A stretch of DNA of 64,000 nucleotides from Elsinoe ampelina (Eukaryota): NCBI GenBank assembly GCA_010093995.1, contig ML992520.1:1-64000 (forward strand), in the 5' to 3' direction. The first letter of the stretch is position 1, and the number at the start of each line of letters is the position of its first letter. The position numbers and the translations under genes are program-made. Shown piece by piece: positions 47,271 to 62,298 of the stretch. The notes beneath the pieces are model-generated. The model saw only the letters and a program-made list of their open reading frames with translations, was not told the DNA's origin and did no database searches.

Positions 47271-50200
47271 ATGGAGGATCCGTTAGTTGAGACGAATGGC
47301 GACACGAATGGCGTCACGAAAGAGGCCGGAACTTCACAACTTGACTCTGATCAAGTCATAGACTACCTGGTCTCTGTTCTAGCTGCGACCTTGGGGGCGT
47401 CAAGACAAGACTTGGAGGCGGAAGGATGTCTTTTGTCGCCGACATTGCTGGATGATACAATTGAAAGGTGCAACAGATTCGCGCAAGAAGCACAAGTGGC
47501 AATATACATACAAAAGGAGGCTCGACCGCAAGAAAATGGTACCCTCAAAGCTAGAAATGGAGCTGGCTTCCACGGGCCTCGTTATTTCCTCACCTCCAAC
47601 ATGAGCTACTCACCTCGCACACTGTCATCTATAGCGATTCTCAAGCGTCCGGTCCCGATCTTGCCCACCCTGCCGCTGAACAGCCAATTGTCTGTCATCA
47701 ATCTCCCAGGGTCTGCAGCAGTCACCGCGAAGGACAATGAGCTATCTTCAGGCACACCACTCGAAGCGCTACACAGCTTGGTACATTTCGCACTTGCTCC
47801 CTACTTCGAAGCATACGCGCGCGCTCGGGAATCGAAGTCGACGTATGGCAAACAAGCCGACCTGGAGGCGAAGACGGGGATACCGGCGGCGAAGAGGAGG
47901 ATTGCGGAGTTGGAGCTGAGTCTCAGAAATCTCCAGCAGAACTCTGAGGTTCCAGAACTGGTGTTGCCTATACATCCACTCATACAAGAGGTAGTGCAGG
48001 AGGCGAGGGCGAAGGGAGAGAAGCCCAGCCTAGCTTTCTTACCGCAGAATCTACTCTCGGACTCCAGCTTCCTCAACAGTCTGCAAGGTGCGGTCAATGG
48101 CTGGATCAAAGCGATACAAGAGAGCACTCAACGGACGCGCGACCCAAGTTCGGGAACTGCAATGCAAGAGAAGAACTTTTGGTTGTCTATGGAGGGTGCT
48201 TTGGAGAACATTGACCGGCAACAAAATAGCGAGGAGGTCCAATTGTCCTTGGAAATCTTGCGTCAAGCGAAACGACATTCGACCGCGGTCAGCTTCAATG
48301 CGGATACGGGATTCAAGGACGCCACGGAAAACGTGCAGAGGTATAACTCGCTGCTACGAGAACTTCCACTCGAGGAGCTACTTTCTGCGACCTCGCTGGA
48401 AAAGGTTCAGCATGCGCTTGATGGCATCTTCGACCATCTCAACAAGAAGCTCAGGGTGATCCCATATCCAATCAAGAGAGCACTCCCCCTGGTGGAAGCG
48501 GTGTCTGGAGATATGGACCTCAGACTTCGCAATTTGCTCCACGGCCGAGCCATCATGCATCTGGACTACGCTGAATTCCAGCATCTCCTCGACACTGTGC
48601 ATCATCTCTGGGATACCTGGGACGAAAATATCCGCGACTTCACCAACGTGTCGAGAGACGCCATAAGACGGAGGAATGAAAAATTCATTGCCATGAAGGT
48701 CGAGCCGCGCTTCAAGCCACTTCGAGAGCGGCTTGCCTACATCGCCACCTTCCGAAAGGGCCATGAGCAGCTCCGCAACACCATTGCCGACGTCCTTGGT
48801 GGTGACGATGGCGCAGATGGACAAGACAAGTCACAACCGGTTGTGGTGGATGAGATGGGCGATGTCGATGCCATTGAAGAGATTGACGAAGCATACGCTG
48901 TTCTTAAGGACGTTGATGTGCTGGATGTGTCTGAAGATGGTACCAGGATCTGGACACAAGCTGAAAATCTGTACAACGAGCGCACATCCAGAGTCGAGAA
49001 CTCCATCATCGCACGTCTTCGCGATCGTCTAGCTTTGGCGAAAACATCGAACGAGATGTTCAGAGTCTTTTCGAAGTTCAACGCCCTCTTCGTTAGACCA
49101 AAGATTCGAGGTGCCATCTCCGAGTATCAGACTCAGCTGATTGGCAATGTCAAGAACGACATTGTGGCATTGCAAGAGCGCTTCAAACATCCATACGGAC
49201 ATACCGAGACTCACGCCATGGCACAACTGCGCGACCTCCCGCCAGTATCAGGAGCCATCATTCGAACGAAGCAGATCGAGCGGCAGCTGGACATCTATAT
49301 GAGTAAAGTCGAGGATGTCCTCGGCAAAGATTGGGCCATGCACGTTGAGGGCGGCAAGCTTCAAGCTGAGAGTATGCAATTCCGCAAGAAGCTCGACACC
49401 AAGCCGGTTTACGACGAATGGCTGAGAGAGGTCAATCGACGCCAACTATCCGTGTCCGGCCGTCTTTTCTCGATCTCGCGCAATCGTGCAACAGGCAATG
49501 TGCTGGAGCTGAATGTCAGCTTCGACGCTCAGGTCATCACTCTGTTCAAGGAAGTTCGCAACCTCATGTGGCACAATTTCCAAGTACCACACGCCATCAA
49601 CACTACTTCCAAAGACGCTAGACGAGTCTATCCATATGCTGTCAGTTTGATGGAGAGCGTCAATACATATGCTCAGACTGTCACTGTCATTGATTCACTA
49701 CCCGAAGTCGCTATGCTGCTACATGGAGCAAGAAGCGAGGTTCAACACCTGGTAGCGAAGGGACTCCCACTACGATGGGAGAGCATCTCAGGAGCCTACG
49801 AGGTGAATGTCCGCGTTGCTGAGAATGGAGACCTTGATCGTCCTAGCGAAAGCAAGCATGTGCAATTTGTGAGGGACTTTGCTCGAGCAGTACGGGACCT
49901 GCAGCAGAAGACCACCCTCCTGGTTAGCATCAACAAGAATGTTCAGGCAGCTCTGTCTGAGCTTGAGGCGGGCGCATACTCTCCGCTAGCACTACATCAA
50001 CCTCTGGACACAATACAAAAGGCAGTCGATCAGATGAATTTGCAAGGATTCGTGAATCTGCGTCCTTGGGTGCACCAAATTAATGAGAAGATCCAGACGG
50101 CACTGCTTGCGAGGTTGAAATTGGCACTCAACAGCTGGATTGGCGTCTTCATCGGCGACAATGATGTGGATCAAGATGCCAAGGATAGGCCGGTCATTGA

Positions 50201-53200
50201 CACCAACACGCACGAAGTAGCGATGCGGAATCAGTCTATCTACCTTGATCCGCCACTGGAGCACTCTCGTGCACTCTGGATGGAGCACCTCCATCAATGG
50301 CTTTCGGTTGCTTCGGATCTGCCAAAGATTCACGCCGCCCGCTTTGAGATGGCGCTGGGCAAAGGCAGCGAAGCGGGATTGGAGACTTTCAGCGAGCTCC
50401 CAAGACTCTGCGTTGAGGTCATCGGTGAGGCTCATTCTGCCATCGAAGAGCGCTACAGACAAGTGGAGGCGTACGTCAACGAGTGGCTACAATACCAGTC
50501 GTTATGGGATCTGCAAACCGACCATGTTCATCAGCAGCTTACCGACGATCTTTCGAAATGGCTGCAACTCCTCCAGGAGATTCGCCGCATGCGCGACACA
50601 TTTGACACCACAGCAAGCAAACGCGATTTCACGCACCTGACCATCGACTACGAGCAGGTCCAGCTGAAGGTCAACGCCAAGTACGATCAATGGCAGCAGG
50701 AGTTGACCACACAGTTTGCTCAGCGTCTGGGTAACAGGTCTACGGAAGTGTATGCCGAGCTGCAAAAGTCTCGCAAGGATCTCGAAGGGCAATCTCTGGA
50801 GGCTTCGTCCACAGCTCAAGCTGTCTCCTTCATCACCACGGTACAACAGGTGAAACGCAGGGTCACAGTCTGGGAGCCAGAGATTGTCACGTTTCGAGAT
50901 GGACAGCGCACTCTCTCGAGACAGAGATATCAGTCTCCCTCAAATTGGCTGTACATCGAACAAGTAGACCACGAATGGGCAGCATTGAATGAAGTCTTGG
51001 AGAGGAAGGGCAAGATTATCGACGATCAGACGGATGCCTTACGGTCGAAGATCCTGGCCGAGGACAAGGTGGTCAGCCAACGCGTGCTAGAGCTTTCGCA
51101 ACAGTGGAACGAGGAGAAGCCAATCTCGGGATCCATTCCACCAGATGAGGCAGTATCTTCGTTGTCGAGGTTTGACGCGTCCTTCACACAGCTGCGGGAT
51201 CAGCTCGACATGGTGTCCAAAGCGAAAGAAGCCCTCGACTTACCGCCCAGTGCTGAGGGCAATCTGCCAATTCTTCTCGAGGAAGTTCAAGACTTCAAGT
51301 CTGTCTGGGCGAATCTCAAGACTGTCTGGGACGGAATCGACGACTTGAAAGAGCAGTCATGGTCCGCTGTCCAGCCTCGGAAGCTCCGTCAATCACTCGA
51401 CAATCTCGTCAAGATGACCAAGGACATGCCGAGTCGGATGCGACAGTATGCGGCTTTTGAGCATGTTCAAGGCGTGCTTCGAGGACTTCTCAAAGTCAAT
51501 CCTCTGCTCTCCGATCTGCGTTCAGATGCTGTGAAGGAGAGACACTGGCTCAAAATCTTCAAAGCCCTCAAGCCAAATAAAAGGTACTCACCAACAGCGC
51601 AGACTCTTGGTGATGTCTGGGATCTCCAGCTTGGCCCCAGCGAGGTCATCATAAGAGATGTCATTGCACAAGCTCAAGGCGAGATGGCACTTGAGGAGTT
51701 CCTGCGCCAGGTCCGGGATACCTGGCAGAATTATACCCTCGACCTTGTGAGCTACCAGACAAAGTGTCGCTTAATACGAGGATGGGACGACCTATTCGCC
51801 AAGTGCAGCGAGAACCTCAACTCGTTGCAAGCAATGAAACACTCGCCGTACTACAAAGTCTTTGAAGAGGACGCCTCGATGTGGGAGGACAGATTGAATC
51901 GAGTGCATGTTCTTTTCGATGTGTGGATCGACGTTCAACGACAATGGGTCTACCTGGAAGGTGTCTTCACCGGTAACGCAGATATAAAATTTCTCCTTCC
52001 GACAGAAACAAATCGGTTCATCAATATTGACAACGAGTTCATGACCGTCCTGCGCAAGGTTTACAAATCTCCTCTGGTTCTGGATGTCCTCAACATTCCG
52101 GGTGTACAGCGATCGCTTGAGCGACTTGCCGAGCAACTCAATAGGATCCAGAAAGCGCTCGGCGAATATCTCGAGCGGGAGCGGGTTTCCTTTCCTCGCT
52201 TCTACTTTGTTGGAGATGAGGATTTGCTCGAGATCATCGGCAACAGTAACAACACTGCTCGTGTGGCTAAGCATCTCCGCAAGATGTTTGCAGGTATTTC
52301 TGGTCTGCTCACCAATGACGATGGGATCATCACCGGCATCAGTTCTCGGGAGGGCGAACAGGTCACCCTGAAGAATACCATCTCTCTTGCAAAGACTCCG
52401 CGTGTCAATGAGTGGCTAGCACTGCTGGAGACGAGCATGAAGGAGACCATCGCCGATCTTCTCACACAAGCCGTCGCCCAATTCCAAGACGTTGCCGGAG
52501 GCGATGAAGTCGAGGATGGGGCTCTTATGAAGTTCATTGGTTCTTTCCCTGCGCAAGTCGTTGTCCTTGCTGCGCAGATCTGGTGGACACAATGTGTACA
52601 GACTGCGCTTGATCAAGGTGGTTCCCAGCTCCAGTATTGGTTCGACCGTCAAGTGCAAGTCTTGCAGCTACTTGCGAGTGCGGTACTTGGCGATCTCGAT
52701 GCTTTGCAGCGCAAGAAGTGCGAGCATCTCATCACCGAATTTGTGCATCAAAGAGATGCCATCGAAAAGCTCATCATCGCAAAGGCAGCATCTTCGTCAC
52801 ACTATCTATGGCAGCTGCAAATGCGGTATGACTTCAGTCCGGACGCGAACCTCCTCAACCGAGTGCAGATCGAAATGGCCGACGCCGTGCTCACTTACGG
52901 ATTTGAGTACTTGGGCGTTCCGGACAGGCTCGTGAGGACTCCCTTGACGGACCGCTGTTTTCTAGTCCTCACTCAAGCGCTTGCACAACGCCTCGGCGGA
53001 TCACCGTATGGTCCTGCGGGTACGGGTAAAACCGAGTCTGTCAAAGCACTTGGACTTCAGCTTGGACGTTTGACTCTTGTCTTCAACTGTGATGATACAT
53101 TTGATTACCAAGCAATGGGGAGAATCTTCCTCGGTATCTCGCAGGTTGGAGCCTGGGGTTGTTTCGACGAGTTCAATCGTCTCGAAGAACGCATCCTGTC

Positions 53201-56200
53201 TGCAGTGTCTCAGCAGATACAGAATATCCAGCTTGGCCTGCGGAGAAGCACACCCGAGAAGCGAGCACAGATTGAGCTCATTGGTCGCCAGCTGAATGTC
53301 CACGAAAACACTGGCATGTTCATTACCATGAATCCAGGATATGCAGGTCGCTCCAACCTACCTGACAATCTCAAGAAGCTCTTTCGAAGCGTAGCCATGT
53401 CAAAGCCGGACAAGGAGCTGATCGCCGAAGTCATGTTGTTCTCGCAAGGCTTCTCCCTTGCAAAGAACATCTCTCGCCAGACTGTGCCCTTCTTCGAGCA
53501 GTGTCACAACAGACTTTCGAAACAGCCTCACTACGACTTTGGTCTCCGAGCCCTGAAAAGTGTACTGGTCAGCTCTGGATCTCTCAAGCGGGCTCGGATC
53601 ATGAAGCAGGCGGAGAATGACACAAGCGATGACATTTTCGAACCACAAATCATTGTCCAATCTCTGCGTGAGACAATCGCACCCAAACTTATCCGACCCG
53701 ATGTCGATATCATGAGGCAGATCGAGGATGAGGTGTTTCCTGGCGTCAAGTATATTCCGGCTGCTCTGGAGGCGTTGAAAAAGTCGATCGAGCATGTCGC
53801 AACCGAGAATCGCCTCAGTCTTACTGAATCTTGGCTAATCAAGATCATCCAACTCTACCAAATACAGAACATCCACCACGGTGTCATGATGGTGGGGAGC
53901 TCTGGTACTGCCAAGTCAGCCGCCTGGAAGACATTACTTGCTGCGATGCAACGGGTTGACGGCGTCGAAGGCGTCAGTCACATTATTGATCCGAAAGTCA
54001 TGTCCAAGGAGGAGTTGTATGGCAGCATGGACAGTACCACCCGAGAATGGACAGATGGTCTGTTTACAAGCATTTTGCGGAAGATCGTCGACAACCTCCG
54101 CGGTGAAGACTCAAAGAGACATTGGATCATCTTCGATGGCGATGTCGATCCTGAATGGGTCGAGAATCTCAACTCTGTTCTTGACGACAACAAGTTACTG
54201 ACTTTGCCAAATGGCGAGCGGCTGAGTTTGCCCCATAATGTTCGCATCATGTTCGAAGTGGAGACCTTGAAATACGCCACGTTAGCCACCGTCAGTCGCT
54301 GTGGTATGGTTTGGTTCAGCGATGATACTATCTCGTCAGATGTCATGGTCAGGCATGAGCTGGATGAGCTGCGACATGCAACCTTTGATGACCTGGACGA
54401 AGAAGCTCTGGCCTCCGTTTCGGGAACGACAGCTACCAAAGATCTTCAAGCGCAGATCGCCGATCTTTTAATCCGTAAGCTCACTCAAGATGGTCTTTGT
54501 CGCAATGCTCTTGATGAGGCAAGGAAGCTGCCGCACATCATGGAGTTCACCGAAATCCGGGCGCTCAATACCCTTTTCTGCTTGGTGCGGAAGGCGTGCA
54601 AATCAATTTTGGAGTACAATGGGAAGCATCCAGAGTTCCCGCTCGAGCCTGAACAGATAGAGGCCTACGTTACCAAGAAACTTGTTCTCGCCGTTGTCTG
54701 GTCATTCTCAGGCGACTGTCCCTTGGCACACAGGAAGACATTTGGTGATTATATTATCAGCCAGACTGGTCTAGAAATGCCGATGCTGGGAGAACAGACG
54801 TCAGTCATTGATTTCGACGTCTCCTTACCCGAGGCTCAGTGGGTACCATGGCAGAATCAAGTGCCTTCCATTGAGGTGAACACCCATTCGATCACCCAGA
54901 CCGACGTTGTCATTCCTACGGTCGACACTGTAAGGCATGAGGATGTGCTTTACTCCTGGTTAGCCGAACACAAGCCATTGTTGCTCTGCGGTCCACCAGG
55001 ATCTGGAAAGACGATGACATTGTTCAGTGCTCTTCGCAAACTCACGACCATGGAGGTTGTCGGACTCAATTTCTCCAGCGCCACAACACCGGAATTGCTT
55101 GTCAAGACTCTCGAGCAGTACTGCGAGTACAAGAAGACTCTGAATGGCACCACACTCTCTCCTACACAGATCGGTCGCTGGCTGGTTGTGTTTTGTGACG
55201 AGATCAACTTGCCTGCACCGGACAATTATGGCACTCAGCGGGTCATCTCTTTCCTTCGCCAAATGGTCGAACATGGTGGGTTTTGGAGGACATCTAACAA
55301 GACTTGGGTGACGCTGGAACGGATACAATTTGTCGGAGCTTGCAATCCTCCCACTGATGCTGGCCGCACTCCACTTGGCCTCCGATTCTTGAGACATGCG
55401 CCGCTCGTCATGGTAGATTATCCTGGGGAGCAGTCCCTCGCGCAGATCTACGGAACCTTCAATAATGCAGTGCTCAAGGTCATCCCCTCACTCCGCGGCT
55501 ACGCAGAAGGCTTGACAAGCGCCATGATACAACTGTACAGCGAGTCGCAGAAGCGCTTCACCGCAGACATCCAGCCACATTACGTTTACTCTCCTCGTGA
55601 GTTGACAAGATGGGTCCGAGCTGTCTACGAATCCATTCGACCACTAGAGAGTCTTTCTCTCGAAGGTTTGATACGCATCTGGGCGCATGAAGCTCTCCGT
55701 TTGTTCTCGGACCGATTGATCGATGAAGAAGAGCGTCAATGGACTGAAGAGGCCGTCGATCGGATCGCACTTGAACACTTCCCAAGCATTGACCAGACTG
55801 TCTCGCTCAAACGGCCGATTCTCTTCTCGAACTGGTTGTCGAAGAACTACGTACCTGTGGAACGTGAGCAGCTTCGAGACTTTGTCAAAGCTCGACTCCG
55901 TACTTTCTGCGAGGAAGAGCTTGATGTCCCGCTTGTGCTGTTCAATGATGTGCTTGACCATGTCTTGCGGATTGATCGTGTCTTTAGGCAGCCACAAGGC
56001 CATCTCATCCTGATTGGCGTGAGTGGTAGTGGCAAGACCACACTATCGAGATTCGTGGCTTGGATGAACGGTCTCAGCGTTTTCCAGATCAAGGTTCATG
56101 GCAAATACTCATCCGAGGACTTTGACGATGACCTGAGGAATGTCCTTCGTAGGTGCGGCTGCAAGGGCGAGAAGATCTGCTTTATCATGGATGAGTCAAA

Positions 56201-59200
56201 CGTACTCGACTCTGGCTTCCTGGAACGCATGAACACCTTGTTGGCCAACGGAGAGGTTCCTGGCTTGTTCGAAGGCGATGGGTTTGCATCGCTCATGACT
56301 TCGTGCAAAGAAGGAGCGCAGCGAATGGGACAGATCCTGGACTCGCAAGAGGAACTGTACAAGTGGTTCACTCAGCAGATTGTTCGCAACTTGCATGTCG
56401 TCTTCACCATGAATCCGCCTCAAGAAGGACTTTCCTCGAAAGCTGCCACCAGTCCCGCGCTCTTCAATCGTTGTGTACTTAATTGGTTTGGAGACTGGTC
56501 CGACCAAGCGCTCTTCCAAGTTGGGTACGAGCTCACCCAGTCCATCGATCTTGACAAAGGCAACTACACGAGTCCTGACAGTATACCTGTCGCTTATCGT
56601 CAACTCAACCTACCTGCCACGCACAGAGATGCGGTCGTCAACTCTATGGTCCACGTCCATCATTCTTTGCACAAGTACAATGCAAGACTCCTCAAACAGC
56701 AGAACAAGAAGACATTCCTCACGCCACGACACTATCTGGATTTTGTCGCACAATACGGCAAGCTTTACAACGAGAAGCGCGAGGACCTCGAAGAGCAGCA
56801 ACGGCATCTGAATGTCGGTCTGGACAAGCTGAAAGAGACTGTATCCGAAGTTGACGAGTTATCGAAGAGTCTTGCTGGCAAGAAGATAGAGTTGGAGAGG
56901 AAAGACACCGAAGCGAACGAGAAGTTGCAGGGCATGATTGCCGATCAGAGAGAAGCTGAGAAGCGAAGAGGCATCTCGCTTGAGATCCAAGCAGCTCTTA
57001 GTAAGCAAGACAAGGAGATATCGGAGCGAAGAGAAATTGTCGAGGGCGATCTCGCCAAGGCCACTCCGGCAGTCGAGGAGGCACAGAGGAGCGTCAACAA
57101 TATCAAGAAGCAGCATCTTACGGAGGTGCGATCGATGCAGAACCCTCCGGCAGGTGTCAAACTGGCACTCGAAGCTGTCTGTACCCTTCTTGGCCACAAA
57201 GCCACGGACTGGAAGACCATCATCGGTATCATACGCAAGGACGACTTTATCCCTAGTATCGTGCACTACGACAATGAAGCGCAGATGACAGCTGGTCATC
57301 GGACGAAAATGGAGCGTGAGTACCTCACGAAGGAAGAATTCAGCTACGAAAGAGTCAACCGCGCCAGTAAAGCTTGTGGACCGTTGGTCCAGTGGGTTGA
57401 GGCGCAAGTCAGCTTCTCCGGTATCCTTGCTCGTGTAGGTCCATTGAGGGCTGAGCTGGCGGAATTGCAAGACTCGGCGTTGCAGACCAGAGCGGAAGCG
57501 CAAGCGATCAATAATGAAGTGGAAGATCTCGAGAAGAGGATCGGCAAGTACAAGACGGAGTATGCGACACTAATCAGCCAAGTTGAGGCGATCAAGGGTG
57601 AGATGACGAGGGTGCAGTCCAAGGTTGAAAGAAGCAGGAAGCTGCTAGACAGTCTCTCCTCCGAAAGGACAAGGTGGGAGGAAGGAAGTAAATCGTTCGA
57701 GGAGCAGATGAACACGATTGTCGGAGACGTCTTCCTGGCCGCAGCAGGTATCTCGTATGGAGGACTCTACGACCAGCAATACCGCAAATCCATGTTGGAG
57801 GATTGGGGATACCAGCTCTCCGCTTCTGGCATCCAGTACAAGCCGCACAACCCGATTGCAGACTACCTCTCCACCGCCGACGACAGATTGCAATGGCAAC
57901 AGAATGGTCTACCTGTCGATGAGCTGTGTACCGAGAACGCAGTCATGCTCAAGCGATTCAACAGATACCCACTGATCATCGATCCATCTGGCCGGACTAT
58001 CGAGTTCTTACAGAACGAATGCAAGGATCGCCGACTCACGGTGACGAGCTTCCTCGACAGCGGGTTTACGAAGCAATTGGAATCGTCGCTGCGTTTCGGC
58101 AATCCCATTCTCATCCAAGATGCCGAACACCTCGACCCTATACTCAACCATGTCTTGAACAAGGAATACCAGAAGACTGGAGGCCGGGTGCTCATACAGC
58201 TCGGCAAGCAGGAGATTGACTTTTCGCCATCGTTCAAGATGTATCTGACAACTCGCGATCCATCTGCGACCTTTGCGCCGGACATCTGCAGTCGTACGAC
58301 ATTCGTCAATTTCACTGTCACACAATCGAGTTTGCGTACACAGGCGCTTGACGACGTGGTCAAATCAGAACGACCGGATGTGGACGAGAAGAGATCCAAT
58401 TTGATCAAGTCTCAAGGCGAATTCCGATTGCGACTCCGCCACTTGGAGAAAGAGCTACTTCGAGCCCTCAACGAATCCCAAGGGAACATTCTCGACGACG
58501 ACAAGGTCATTCAGACACTCGAAACACTGAAGAGGGAAGCCAGCGACATTACTGCAAAGGCAGCAGAGACGGATGGAGTCATGGCAGAATTAGAGACCAT
58601 CACGGCACTGTACAATGTGATTGCTCAGTCCTGCTCGACAATCTTCTCGGTTCTGGACCAGCTGCACCATCTTAACCACTTCTACCAGTTCTCACTGCAA
58701 TTCTTCTTGGACATTTTCAATGCAGTGTTGAGGAAGTCAAAGGATAGCTCAATCACTGGCGCACAACCAAGGATCGATAATATCGTCAAGGAGCTATTCT
58801 TGACAACCTTCCAGAGCACAGCAGTGACGTTGCTGCAGAAGGATAGGATCACGCTTGGTCTGCTCCTGGCTCAGGCTTCCCCGGTACTGATGGACAAGTC
58901 TCTCATCGATAACATCCTTGACGACTCTCTCGAAGGCATTGATGCATCGTCAGAACCTGACAAGATTGAGGCAGCTCTGACTCGAGCACGTAATTTACGT
59001 CCGCTGAAGGATATTGTGCCAACGACAACAAATTCAGCCTGGTCTAGCTTCTTCAGCACAGAAGAGGCAGAGTTGAATCCGCCTCCCTTGCCGGAACAGG
59101 ATCAATCCGTCAACGTGGCTCTCCTTTCTCTGCTGCTGGTGAAGTTGTTCCGCTCTGACCGTCTCGTGCCTGCCACTCAACATGTGGTCACGACCATCTT

Positions 59201-60286
59201 CAGCCCGTCTTTCTTTACCACTACAGATCCTTTGTCTACCATTGCTCGTTCCGCCACACCAACGACTCCTATCGCACTGAACTCCACGCCTGGCTTTGAT
59301 GCCTCCTACAAGGTCGACCAGCTTGTCACTCGCGTTGGAGCAAAGTGTACATCGGTAGCTATGGGCTCTGCAGAAAGCATCAGCAACGCCGACACCGCCG
59401 TGGCCTCGGCCGCCGCCAGTGGCAACTGGGTCCTGGTCAAGAACGTCCATTTATCACCCCAATGGCTAGGCAATCTAGAAAAGCGACTCTCAGGTCTCAA
59501 GCCGCATGGAGACTTCCGCCTTTTCTTATCCATGGAAAGCAGCAATAAGATCCCTGTCGCTCTCCTACGAGCAAGTAGAGTAGTCACGTACGAGCGACCC
59601 GCGGGTGTTCGTGCAAGTTTACGTGACAGTCTAAGCGCAGTCGAAGACGGCAGTCCCATCGAACGCACCCGCGTATTTGTGCTCCTCGGTCTAGTCCACG
59701 CAGTCGTACAAGAACGCCTCCGCTACCGCCCCTTGGGCTGGCGCGGAGGCTGGGAATTCAGCGACGCCGACGCAAGTCCCCCTTGTCCCTCCATACAAAC
59801 ACATGCTAACCTGCCTTTTAGTTCGAAGTCTCCCTCGCCATCATCACCCAACTCATCGACGGCGTGGCTCAAGGCCGCTCCAACGTCGCCCCCCGCAGTA
59901 TACCATGGGACCTCATCCGCGTCCTGGTCACGGAGATGTACGGCGGCAAAGTCGACGACGAACACGACTTTGCGTTGCTGGAGAAGCTGGTTTCGCTGCT
60001 CATCGTGGAGGAGGCGTTCGATGATGGATTCGATGTGCTTGCGCGCATGAGGTCGCTCGCGGGCGATGACGTCGCTGGAGGGGCGCAGTTGTTGTTGCCT
60101 TCTGGGACCGGGAAAGGGGTGTTTGATCGTTGGGCGGAAGACGAGTTGCCGGAGCGAGAGCCGCCGAGTTATCTTGGGTTGCCGGGGAATGCGGAGAAGT
60201 TGTTGCTTGTTGGGCAGGGGAGGGAGATGGTGAGGCAGGTCAAGGTTGTGCTGGGGGTGTTGGATGAGGGGGAGGTGGAGATGTGA
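47271..60286 (+). CDS. nudA: Cytoplasmic dynein heavy chain (~4,321 aa; GC-AG intron 59772-59821)
   Basis: P-loops [74 protein letters not shown]; stalk/MTBD; spliced C-terminus WEFSDAD|FEVS...[19 protein letters not shown]. Confidence 0.98.
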
Positions 60287-60728
60287 TTATTTGGGACGGT
60301 CAAAGGGGGGCATAGAGATGGTGTTGAGGCGAAGGGAATACCCCATTTGAGATTTGGTGTGGGATTGGTTTTCTTTGTAACTGTCTATAAGAATCAAGAT
60401 ATGATCGTCTTCAAATGTCGTTGTTGCCCTTGTGCTGTTGCTACCCGGTAATGCTAAATGCAGAGTACAGACTTACAATCCCAATGCCATGGTTCTAACG
60501 ATGCCCGGTGCAACCCAGCCATGCTGACATGCTATCCTGGCCGACCCCCATGCTGCCATGTTCATACCTGTGTCTATCCAGCGTGCTTTAGGGCTGGACT
60601 CAATGTCTTTTTCGTAATCATTGACTTTGTCCTGTGATGTTCCAACCAAGATCTGTGGGGAACCATACAATGCTCCAACTTCCTCACGCACTCCCTCTAT
60701 TCCATCTCCTCTTCTCCATTACGAGCTT

Positions 60729-62298
60729 CTACTCCCTCTTCCTCCCCATCCTCGGTAACCCCAACCAAAGCCCCAAGATCATGACCAAAAGCGCCAAAAT
60801 AATCGGCTGCAAGACCTGCACCCCCTTGGCCTGGGCCAACGCCCCGATAGCAAACGGGAATATCGCGCCCCCACTACCGCCGAAAGCGGCTGCGAAACCG
60901 ATGCCCGAGACGTGCAGGTGTTTGGGGAGGAGTTTCGTGCAGGCGACGACGGCTGCGGGGAAGAGGGGTCCGAGGAAGAAGCCTTGTAGGGCGACGGCAA
61001 TGGCGGAGACGAGGAAGGAGGGGACGAGCCAGAAGATGAGTTGGAGGGCGGCTGCGAGGGGGAGGTAGATCTGGGTTGTGTCAGCTTGGGTCACGTAAGA
61101 GGGAGGACGGGGGTCATGGTGATCAGTGGTTGATGGGATGAATGGGTGAGCAGGAGTAAGGATGTTTGTAAACGAGATGAAGACGTACCATGATGCTCAA
61201 CTTCTCCCCGATTCTGGGTGTCACGAACCCCAACACCAGCCTACCGACAGTGATCCCCAACCAGAACCCCGTCGCCACCACCCCCGAGCCAAACGCCGCC
61301 CCATCCCTCTCCCTAATCATAAACAACACGATCCACCCACCCAACGCCACTTCCGCCCCGACATACCCCAGCAAGAAAAACGACATCAACCAAATCACCC
61401 TCGCCGACGCCGGCGTGACCAACGCCTCCTTCAGCCGACTCCCCTTCCTCTCCCCGACCCTGGGATGCGACTCCCTATACGCCCTCCCATCCGCGCCCCA
61501 AAACGCCCACACACTCGACACAAACTCGACCACCGCGGCCCCCAACATGACCCAATACCACATATACCACGGCCTGGCCCCCCTCACGATCAACGCACTC
61601 GCGCAAAGCGGGGCCACGGTCGCCCCCGCGCCGTACAACGCATGCAGCACCCCGAGCACCTGATTCGGGTTGCGCATGGCACCGATCCAAGCATTCCACG
61701 CCGCGTCCGCGAGCCCATTCCCGAAGCCAGCGAGGAGGTAGACGACGACCAGCACGGGGAAAGGGGGGTGGAGGGCGACGATGACGTACGCCACGACGTG
61801 GCATGTCGGTGTGACGATGGCGACGCCGCGTTGCCCGAACCTGGTGTGGATCCACGGGTTGAGCAGCGCGGACGTGGTGTAGCCTGCCATTGGGGAGAGG
61901 AAGATGAGCGAGACGACGATGTAGGAGAGCGAGTAGTGGGTTTCGATGTACGGGATTACGGCGCCGTAGGTGGCGTCGTTCATGCCGGTTAGGAAGAGGG
62001 AGAAGAAGGCGGCCAGGGTGCGGTGGAGGTTGGTGCGGGGGTGGTTCCATGATTCGAGGGTTTCGGCGGCGGGAGGGGACGAGGGGTTGGGGGGAGAGGA
62101 TTCGAGGGTTAGGGGGGGTTGGTGTTGGACTTGGTGGGCGAGGGAGCCGAGGGAGATGGTGTCGGTGGACGGGGAGGGACCGAGGATGTGCCCGGTTTGG
62201 TGGGATTGGAGCTCGGAGGTCTTGATGGAGGTGGACTTGGGTTGGGTGGGGGGTGGTGAGGTGACGACGCAGGTCGAGGACCCATTGGAGAGTGCCAT
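60729..62298 (-). CDS. Major facilitator superfamily transporter (Bsc6/FucP-like; intron 61188-61071)
   Basis: ~12 TMs; GMNDATYGAVIPY, LHALYGAGA, YVGAEVALGGW, FWLGITVGR, GFFLGPLFP, FGGSGGAIFPF; intron GTACGT..CTGAC..CAG. Confidence 0.9.

Noticed and set aside
59772..60050. Novel C-terminal tail or programmed frameshift in dynein
   Set aside because: Explained by the GC-AG intron 59772-59821.
29360..60286. Functional cluster of cytoskeleton and division genes (DAD1, rho4, dynein)
   Set aside because: Interspersed with unrelated genes; nothing in the sequence supports co-regulation.
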